Shown: piece after piece, positions 1 through 8,823 of the stretch
Layout of the letters: every line of letters starts with the position of its first letter
Numbering within the stretch: the stretch's first letter is position 1
Source: Tubulanus polymorphus
Lineage: Eukaryota > Animalia > Nemertea
Direction of reading: 5' to 3'
NCBI RefSeq assembly: GCF_964204645.1
Contig: NC_134028.1
Span: forward strand, 23,246,345 to 23,310,344
Length of the DNA stretch: 64,000 nucleotides
Notes under the pieces: generated by a model
Told to the model about the DNA's origin: nothing
Seen by the model: only the letters and a program-made list of their open reading frames with translations
Database searches by the model: none
Translations under genes and position numbers: made by a program

Positions 1-183
1 ATCATCAGAACAATTTCGATATACAGAAAATATATCTTAGATACGAAAATACATTGGAGAATGGGAGAGGGATGGGGCGCTGTAACTGGTCCATACAGAT
101 CAGATCACTGTTGAAAGTTTCCGAAAAGCGCGCATTTCACAATGAAACCTGATCCCATCATGCAGTAGTGCCGATTACTGTAC

Positions 184-322
184 CTGGAACACTGTAATAA
201 TCGCCCATAGTAATGTATCAAAATTCTTCCTATCACAACGACGATGTCGACGAGTATTGGTCAGGCGAAACGACATGTCTTTCTCACAGAATTTACATCC
301 AAACAGGTTCATTCCCAGAATA
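184..322 (-). CDS. Cav3: Cav3 domain II turret exon, three-cysteine exon 12a-like ([46 protein letters not shown]), 139 nt
   Basis: tgtacag| acceptor, CAG|gtacag donor, CxxC...C pattern before DRKNFD. Confidence 0.93.
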
Positions 323-1310
323 CTGTACATTAAAATAAAACAATCGTACGATAAAGGTGCGAAGTTTGGGATTGAGTGATTGTCGCGCTGCAGACGTCCG
401 AATCCGCGGCACCGAATGAAGTCGATCCGTCCGGTCATGCAGTTATATTCAAACATTCCGAGTGTTTCGAGGAGGGTAAAGAAACCATAAAAACTATCGC
501 CAATACAAAAAACCCGTAATAACGATGAATACAAGTAATAATAATAAAACGAATATTAAAGATTGTCGATTTTACGGACGAACAAACGCGCACAAACATG
601 ACAAAAAGCCTGAAATATATCTCGAAGCGGAATCAGTGCAGAAAAAGATCTAGCGACCACCACATGAAAAATCATTAATTAGTATAAAAAGACAACTTCA
701 TGATCGGAAAAAATGGTTCATTTTATCCCCAAATCATTCCAACATGGCGAGTATATGGAAATTGAATATTTTGATTTTCATATTTGAGTGCATATCATAT
801 TAAAATGTTGGAATGATTCGTTGATAACATGAGGGGAGAAAGAGAGAGAGAGAGAACGCACACGATTACAAGTACCACATTATTACAAATGGACCACGGT
901 AGAAGGAAGGACTGAGGAAAGGTAGAAGACTGTGGTGTGTTACGAGTGAAAATGTAACATAGACGCGAACGCAATCATCGAGGTCATAACAGCCATCAAC
1001 TACAGGGTATCAAACCTTAGATTATTAAGGTATGAAACCCGTCCGAATCTAACGATTGAAAATCGACTAATTTTCATAAAACTGACTGCTGCAGTAGTTT
1101 CAATATGGTTTAAGGCATATTCTCAAAACTCCAGACCTTCTTGTGACAGGGTTAATTAGGATTTTCGGGGTTAACATTAAAAAAACAGGTCACTCCAACA
1201 TTCTGAAATAGATCTTTTCGTCATTTAACATTTAAGCGGAATTGATTATTTTGAATTAGAATATTCTAAGTTCGGTAAGTAAATCGTATTCTATTTCATT
1301 CGAGACTCAC

Positions 1311-1496
1311 CTAAATATAAACATAAACAGAACCAATAGCGCAAAAAATGTAGCCACATTGTCCATAGTTCTGAGCATCACAACTAGCTGGCGCCTGAGC
1401 GCAGGCATGAATCGTACCAGTTTCAATATACGCAATAGACGGAATGTTCGTAATACGGAAAGACCTCCTTCTCCACCCTGTGCTAACTCAACAAGA
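1311..1496 (-). CDS. Cav3: Cav3 exon, IIS4-IIS5 ([51 protein letters not shown]...), 186 nt
   Basis: tatttcag| acceptor, AG|gtgagt donor, S4 basic repeat. Confidence 0.97.
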
Positions 1497-1704
1497 CTGA
1501 AATACATCAAATACATCTTCATTAATTCACGCTTTTATCGTTTGTCCCAGTCCGTTGTCTCGCGGTCGTTATTCATAAATTCATTATAGATATACATAGC
1601 ATTTATACAAATACATCTCGGTCCCGGGAGTGATACATATATGCAACATCAGCGACTTGTTTATTACTGTTCGGTATAAAAAATGGCTGTCCGCATACAC
1701 CTAC

Positions 1705-1856
1705 CTAAGTATCACAATAAAACCATCGAAAACATTGAAACCGTTGCTTATGTAACCGAACACACCGTCGGCTAGGATTTTCATCAACATTTCAGTCGCG
1801 AACAAGGCGCTAAAGAACAAGTTGCTGTTTTCTAAGATATCGGTTAGGTACGGAGG
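1705..1856 (-). CDS. Cav3: Cav3 exon, IIS2-IIS3 ([23 protein letters not shown]...[11 protein letters not shown]), 152 nt
   Basis: tctcttcag| acceptor, AG|gtaggt donor, preceded by an 88-nt intron. Confidence 0.96.
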
Positions 1857-1944
1857 CTGAAGAGAAATATTGAAAATATATATACATAGTCCTAAATAGG
1901 AGACGAAATGGACGGAAAATTTTGCTACGATTTTCGAAAAATAC

Positions 1945-2129
1945 CTGGTTATGGTATTCAATGCCCATGCTCATCGTATTCACGAGAATAGCCATCAAAA
2001 TTCCGCGTTGAAAATAGTTATGGTCCACGAGAACTTTGATTTTTTGACGGAACATCGAGAAACATCCTGAAAAACAGTCGATGCAACCTACCGTAGATAT
2101 TATTGGCATATTACTGCCCTTATCGCAAA
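1945..2129 (-). CDS. Cav3: Cav3 exon, pre-IIS1 and IIS1 (...[36 protein letters not shown])
   Basis: CAG|gtattt donor. Start set at the first AG after a T-rich tract (gaatag|); in-frame alternatives start at 2087 and 2066. Confidence 0.88.
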
Positions 2130-2638
2130 CTATTCAACGCAAAATAAAAACACGAAGACACGAACAAAACGAAGCTTTACTGAATACAACATATATATTC
2201 AAGATAGATTCCGATTAGAAAAAAAAGGAAGAGCAAAGCGAGGAATTTTCTCATCGGGAGAAAAGTCACTGAACTTCGATGTATGAGGCCCAGGCACGGC
2301 GTAAATTTCGCTACTTTCGCTATATACATATGATTATTTTTTACAAACAAATTTTTAAATTCTTTATTTATTTGTGGTCATCAACAGCGAAAGAACAAAA
2401 TGCGTTGTGCCACTAGCCATTGTGAATTGAAACACTTTAAAAGTAAAATCTGTTTTTGAGTTTAAAGAAATAAATTTCAAGAAAAGAAAACCGACGAAAT
2501 CAATCATCATTTCAGTAATGTTGTTATCTTGATAACCGTATCGCCGTTAAAAAATTTCGCTAGATATAAAACGTGACAACAATTCATACCCAGTGATGGC
2601 TCGCGATGTTACCTTATCCATATAATAGACGAGGTACA

Positions 2639-2682
2639 TAAAATCCTGTTTTATGGTAAATAAAATCCTGTTTTATGGTAAA
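2639..2682. repeat. Perfect 22-bp tandem duplication
   Basis: TAAAATCCTGTTTTATGGTAAA twice. Confidence 0.9.
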
Positions 2683-3614
2683 ATATGCGGATGGCGAGGA
2701 ACAATTCCTATTTCACTGTTCCCCCTGAGCAAAACATGAGACATATACTTCTCAGAACTAGAAAAATGCACCACTTTTGATCTCTACCTGAGAGTTCACG
2801 TTTCTCTTGTCATGCTATAAGAATGATACCAAAGTATATCGCATTATTTGCAAGCTGGTCTTCATCCACTAGTGGAAGATAGATCTCGCTAAGCAAATTT
2901 ATCAAATTGTTTATGTCGTTTAACATGGTATTTCATGCGGCATTTTATAATGTGTATATTCACGAATGTCTTGTAATGTATCCGATATGAATTTGTAAAC
3001 GTAAGGAACAATCAAGTTTTTTAATCTTTTTTTTGTTAAAGGCATTTCTGAGATCTCATATTTATGAATACTAAACTTCATGTCGGAAATCAAGTTATGA
3101 TATAAAACACTTTTTTACGGAGCAATGCTCGCGTTTTTTCGTTATATAGTCTGAGAATAATCATCGATTTATAGCGAATCTATCGTATTTGTTTAAAGCC
3201 GAGTCGTTCTTTTTTCTACGCAGAATTCCGATAACGACGGCTTCTGAAAATGTATTCGCACCGACTGATACCGAAACAAAATCCATTAAAGATAAGCTCG
3301 CAGTAACCACCGACAACAAATAACAGTTGTTTTTGGGACAAATCATGAAAATTGCATCAAAGCAGTGATTCTTACATCTTGTTTTTTTATTATTGATAAG
3401 GAATTCGAGGTATGCAGTGCGTCTGCGTATGAATTCACCTGAGCAGACGGTGATTCTTCTTACTATCAACAGATGGCGCTGATTGAATTTAGTGGCAATG
3501 ACACAATAACGCACACGCGAGCCATTATTGGGAAAAATTGTTATCGCACTTTTCTCGAGATATAATTTTTTTCATAATCCATTAGACAATTAGAAAGTCT
3601 GAAATGAAACCGAC

Positions 3615-3764
3615 CTGGTGGATGTTGTGGAATATCTAAAGACTCATCTTTCCAATCGCTCGAAGATACATCATCATCGCTGTCACTCCACTCATATTCA
3701 GAATGTTGCGTATCATAATCTGGTAATGTACATGTTATATGGGGTGCTGAAAGACCTTTCTCCC
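3615..3764 (-). CDS. Cav3: Cav3 exon, acidic distal I-II linker (GEKGLSAPHITCTLPDYDTQHSEYEWSDSDDDVSSSDWKDESLDIPQHPP), 150 nt
   Basis: Pyrimidine tract plus ctctag| acceptor, CCAG|gtcggt donor, phase 1/1. YEWSDSD resembles the acidic YEFTQD-type segment before Cav3 domain II. Confidence 0.8.
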
Positions 3765-4184
3765 CTAGAGAAAAATAGAACAAAAAAGTCCAAACTAGTG
3801 TGAGTTTTACATGAGTTTCAGTTGGGACTCTTTTTTCAACCTCAGCCAGACACAGTTTGTATGTTCCCATATTGTTCCAAGATTATAGATACGGATTTAT
3901 ATCGATGTAGGAACTACTAGCAATTATTTCTACTAGCAGTTTGTGGTTTGTGGTTGCAAGTTATGCCTTACAGTATCACATTTCGTAAATCAAGATGCTC
4001 CAATGTTGTTAAATGAATAAATGAATGATAATGATAAAAAACAGTAATAAACATAGCTGCAAAGCTGCGATAACGGATTTTTGGCAGAAAACCCTATTGA
4101 TGTGTTATGGATCAGTATGGTATATCACATATCAATTAGGATCTGTGTTTACTGGAAAGAATTGGGAAAGATGCATTTTTATAC

Positions 4185-4953
4185 CTGCATTTTTAGTGCC
4201 GTCCACATTTGGATTTAACTTATTCATATCATTGTAATCCATATTCAGCAGTGAGTTAGGAGCAGCGAGCGTATTTTTAGCACCATGGAGACTAGTAGTG
4301 TCGGGCACGTTTAGTTGTCGCGAACTGCCCGTGCCGTTTAATGACGATGATAGCGGAACTAGATGATTAGGGGAAGACTGTTGTGATTTGATCACGGCGT
4401 CCATAGGGGGCGCTAGCGTATTATCCGATACAAACGCGCTACTGTGAAGAGATTCTGATGATGGGTTTAGACTGTTGTTGCTCGGCAACATAAGGTGATT
4501 CGGCCGCCGCGGCGACGAAACAGGGTCGATATCGGATACCTCGGGACTCGCCCTCGGAGCCTGTTGACCCGGATCCATGTAGGCCCTCTGAGTTATGAAT
4601 GTACACGCCATGCGATGCGCGTGTTGTAACTGCACGGATTGTTTCGGTGTTTTCCAGCGTCCGCGCTTGCGACGCAACGATATCGCTTTTTCCGGTTTCA
4701 CTTTGCACTGACGTTTTCCCTGCGCGCGCTTGAACGTTCGCACAATTCGTCGTTTGAGTCTGCGCGCCAGATGAGCAAGGTATTTGAGTATTTCGTCGTA
4801 ACAGCCGCCCGGCTCCGAGTTACTCGCCAGAGTGCTGCTCGATTGGAAGCGTTTTCGTTCCTGCATCATGCGTTCGGTCTCGCGCTTTTTCGTTTCGGAA
4901 AACTGCGTCGCGATTACAACTAGACAGAGGTTGATCATAAAAAATGAACCGAT
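4185..4953 (-). CDS. Cav3: Cav3 exon, IS6, gating brake and proximal I-II linker ([23 protein letters not shown]...APRASPE...DGTKNA), 769 nt
   Basis: tttcag| acceptor at 4954. Gating-brake helix-loop-helix ([21 protein letters not shown]); APRASPE at 4560-4540. The 3' end uses the phase-compatible GCAG|gtataa donor and is less certain than the start. Confidence 0.9.
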
Positions 4954-6591
4954 CTGAAAGAAAAAAAAAACTGCATTTCATTGATAAGATATAAAAAAGA
5001 TATCAATTAAACCACTTTCTAGATCGTTTGGGCTGCTTAACATCGTTCAACATTATCAGTTAAGTTCGCGCGGAGCTGATAATTCATTCTTCGCTATGAT
5101 CAGTTGTCGGGGAGAGGAGAGAACTATCGTTGACAATCATACCTTATAGAGCTTGAAAGGAAAAAAATCATTAAGTAATTGAAAGACCTATTGACAGATT
5201 ACGACTAAAAGCAGATGACAGACATTAGATTTTCGCCTGAAAGTAATTCGATTCAATTTGGTATTGATGTTTTCAAGAGTAGGACGCATTAACTGCTTAT
5301 ATCCTTGATTTGTCAAACGCTCAATTAATAGGCAAAAGTCCTAATAATCGCCTTTCTTTTTTTTCTTTACTCCTACAAGTGACATCATGATGTATGTAAC
5401 TTGCCACATTATCACCTCACAATGTGTAGAAATGTTACCCTCGGGCCTGATACGAATTACGTGCTAGCAACTGTTAGACACATTATATGAAATCCCTGCT
5501 ATCATCGGGGGGACATTCAATCATTATTTATTATCTGTTTTGTTAAGAAGTCCGTACAATTATATCAGATTATCTCCTCATCTACGCATTGGCGATTTCC
5601 AATTATATCTCAAAGCAACAATCGGTAGTAATAATGTTGATCATTGATATCCGAGCGTCCGAAAACCCAAACTCTCTTAGCAGACAGACAACGTCTATAA
5701 TAGATTCACAGTTGAACATTTTGACAATGTCACAAGAGAATTCCTTTCTTTTTAGTAACAATTCCCGAAGTAATCGCTGTTATTTTCGATCTGATGAAAT
5801 TCGAAATGTTTTGACATGTGCGTAAATTGTATTGACTTTTCAATAACCAGAGATGTCAAAACTAGATGATACCGACTCGTTCAGCTGCTGCGGCTGCTGC
5901 TGGTTGTGGTTACTGTGATATTAACATTCATCTAGCCTACCAGGACCAAATGTGGAACTAATGTGAGTGACAAGTTAATTGCTTGTTCTACGATCGCATA
6001 ATTAAGACCAACCTCCGAAGGCGAACTAAACTAATTTGGTGAACACAGCGGGTAACAGTAAGAATAGCAAATGGTATCTTATGATTAGTGACTTTACACG
6101 AGGTATCTTCAAAATGGCGAAGCTCACGTATTGATCTGCCACATATCCATATTCATAATTCAATAACATATGAGATATATTTCTAACCCTGGTGCAGATA
6201 GCTCTAGTAGTGCTATCGTATAAATACAAAGGAAGAATGAAGAGAAGAATTGAATGCTTTATTTTGTTTTGTTCATCGAATCAGTTTTGGATGTTACCTG
6301 TTCATATGTTTTTTTTAAATCAAACAACATTTATCAAAAACCACATGCAACAGAATATTGAAACGTATCAGATTTTCGATAAAAAGAGATTTTCTAAAAA
6401 TCAAAAGTTGCGTGCAAAAAGTTTCCATCGACGGCGTATTGAATAATCGAATCGATCGAGGGATAGCTTCACGAAGATAACAGCTCGAAATTAGATGAAC
6501 TATACGTTATTTTACTTTTTTTGTCGAGTTCGTTTCGAGAGAAAATGTGCAAAAAATCCAGATTTCAAAATTATTTTCACACATGCAAAAA

Positions 6592-6625
6592 AGTAGTAGT
6601 AGTAGTAGTAATAGTAGTAATAGTA
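6592..6625. repeat. Imperfect (AGT)n microsatellite
   Basis: AGT repeats with AAT interruptions. Confidence 0.8.
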
Positions 6626-8028
6626 GGAAGTGCATCTGTTTGCTAAGATAAAATATACGAAATATTCACTCATGAGAAAAGAATCACACAAATTTCTTCA
6701 AAACATTATCTATCGGAGGTTTAGGGAGGGAAAACACACGAAGTCCGTCCGGTCTGTTGGTGGTTTTGGCCGATTTGTCGATTCGTTTTGTTGTTGTTAA
6801 GTTGTTAAGGGCAGAACAAATAGCCGAATTGAAATGCAATTATCTAATAAAGCTTTCCACGTTGAAGAGACAAAATTACGATTGCACGAATAGTTGAGAT
6901 ATCGTCTTATGGTGGGAGGAGTATTTTTTTAGAGTTTGCCGCGGGTGGAATGTTACGTTATGTTTATATTTCAAAATATCTCCTCGCCGGGCGCCGTAAG
7001 AACCGAGAACGGGGGAAAATTGATCGTGAAAACTATCTGAAAATCGAAAGGAATAAAGAAATCGTGCGTCTTGAAAAAAGAAGATTTTTTTCTTTTAAAG
7101 TACAGGTGAACTGTACTGTTAGGAGATTCGGTTCGTTATTATCGGAACTGAACCGAAGTACAGATAATGCAGTAAATTGTAAGAACAACCTGAAGAAAAG
7201 AAGATTAAAATCATTCACTCGAGTTTGATTCATATTTGCAGAGTTTTGTTCGCGGCGTCACCTGATCATATCGAGTGCACTTCACTTCAGAAACCTTTGA
7301 CATTCGCTTTATTTTGCGAACAGATTTCCCTCAAGAAAATTCGAGACGACGAAAGAGATGCGATCTTTTGAAGTGCAGTAGCAATAATTCGCTTAAACAA
7401 GTTGTCTGCCATGAAATGGTTACGCGACCAAAGACAATCAATCAAAGATCTTCATTTTATGAAGCCCGTGGTTTAGTTTTTCTGACAAGGCTGTCAAGTT
7501 TCCGCAACCACAGACAGTCGCGAGCGCCAAACGCTAATTGTGCGTGGAATATCCGCGTGACGAGAAATTACTTTTTAACGGAATTATGAAAAATTATGAA
7601 AATCGCGGTCGTCTCCGTAGTATATCGAATTATCTTGCGTTTTACATTAAAAACAAAACGAATTGACAAACAGAAGGCTTAAGAAGGCGCAAAAATATCC
7701 CCGAAATAAAAATCAACCCGATTGCATGCAGAAGGGTCCAAATTCATTTACAGGGAATAAAAAAACTCGTTTCTTTTTTAAATTTTCTCAAAATTCTGCA
7801 AATATAAATGGTTCCGAAATCCTGTGCCATTTTTTTTTGCTGACAATGAAAGCAGATGTAAATATGAAAATCATCCAGTCGTAGTCAAGGCGCGGCTTTT
7901 TCGAGGAAATGGCAAAGAATTCCGGTGTAAAAAAACACAAGAGGAGATAGCAATAAAAATGGAAGGTAATGGAAAGACAGGCAATGAATGAGATCACTAG
8001 GGGTGGCAAACCAGTACCACCCACTTAC

Positions 8029-8121
8029 CACTATCAACAATACAAAGTAAATCCAATCCCAAAATGTATGGGCATCTTGAACATAATACATGATGTCTAC
8101 CCAGCCTTCAAGGCTGATCAC
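8029..8121 (-). CDS. Cav3: Cav3 domain I pore exon, copy B with canonical Glu: [31 protein letters not shown], 93 nt
   Basis: tatttacag| acceptor, GTG|gtaagt donor, phase 0/0. Filter codon GAA at 8109-8107. Confidence 0.96.
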
Positions 8122-8186
8122 CTGTAAATATAGAGAAGCAGGGAAACGGGTTATCGGGGACGTGAAGCTAAAGAAAATGAACTTAC

Positions 8187-8279
8187 CACAATTAACAATA
8201 CAAAATAGATCCAATCCCAAAATGAATGAGCATCTTGAACATAATACATGATGTCTACCCAGCCTCCGAGGCTTATTAC
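8187..8279 (-). CDS. Cav3: Cav3 domain I pore exon, copy A with Gly at the filter position: [31 protein letters not shown], 93 nt
   Basis: ttgcatttcag| acceptor, GTG|gtaagt donor, phase 0/0, no stop or indel. Filter codon GGA at 8267-8265. Not shown in frame in the ORF track. Confidence 0.85.
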
Positions 8280-8532
8280 CTGAAATGCAATAACGAACAT
8301 GTACAAAATAAAAACGAGCCTTTTTGTTGTTTTTTTTTCGCCGTGATTATCGCAGACGAGATGCTTCTATTTAACGCATGTCTTGATACCGCTGTATACA
8401 GCTAGTAAGAATTGATATGACCCGCAGGGATCGCGTAGAGTGACTGTAATAAATCTAATTTGTGGTATAAAAACCATAGCGTATATCGATATAACATACG
8501 CTAAACGCGTACGAACTGTATAACCTTTTGCG

Positions 8533-8823
8533 AGTAACGGGTTAGCGACGGACAAAAAAGATTAAAATAGGATTAATAGAAGAATTCAAAAATTCGTCGT
8601 ATGAGTGTAAACCCTAATGATAGACGTGTGGGGGTAAACCTGGGAAGCCGGGTTTCGAAACCTAACCTAACTAAACCTGCCCTAACTTAAGAAACCGAAG
8701 ATAACCACTCGGCCAAACGCTGATCTACTGCCGAGCATGAACAGTTACTCGTGACGTCATATCGGGCGTGGAGAATTGTGGGAAGTATAGGAATGTAGTA
8801 CGTTGTGAATACTACGTATTTTC
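8533..8823 (+). mobile_element. Non-autonomous interspersed repeat, Helentron/HINE-like, copy 1
   Basis: Aligns in reverse complement to 61057-61322 (GAAACCGAAGATAACC, CAGTTACTCGTGACGTCATA, GAATTGTGGGAAGT). Has a CCTAACCT tract and a short terminal stem-loop. Family assignment is inference. Confidence 0.75.

Noticed and set aside
323-534. Upstream extension of ORF 175..534 (TLGMFEYNC...) as another turret exon
   Set aside because: Lacks DRKNFD/WA/FQ and has no suitable acceptor-donor pair; intron read-through.
4534-4720. Internal donor producing an exon 8b-type deletion before APRASPE
   Set aside because: Only weak phase-1 candidates (C|gtcagt, G|gtcaac); GAG|GTATCC is the wrong phase. Cannot be supported without transcripts.
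4439-4923. Overlapping and antisense ORFs on Cav3 exons (also 1359..1589, 19664..19852, 46181..46493)
   Set aside because: Shadow frames of real coding exons with no independent signal.
7788-8024. Possible third pore-exon copy (ORF contains YDWMIFIFTSAFIV, faintly like [12 protein letters not shown])
   Set aside because: No nucleotide alignment, no filter motif, no fitting splice sites; low-complexity pyrimidine-rich intron.
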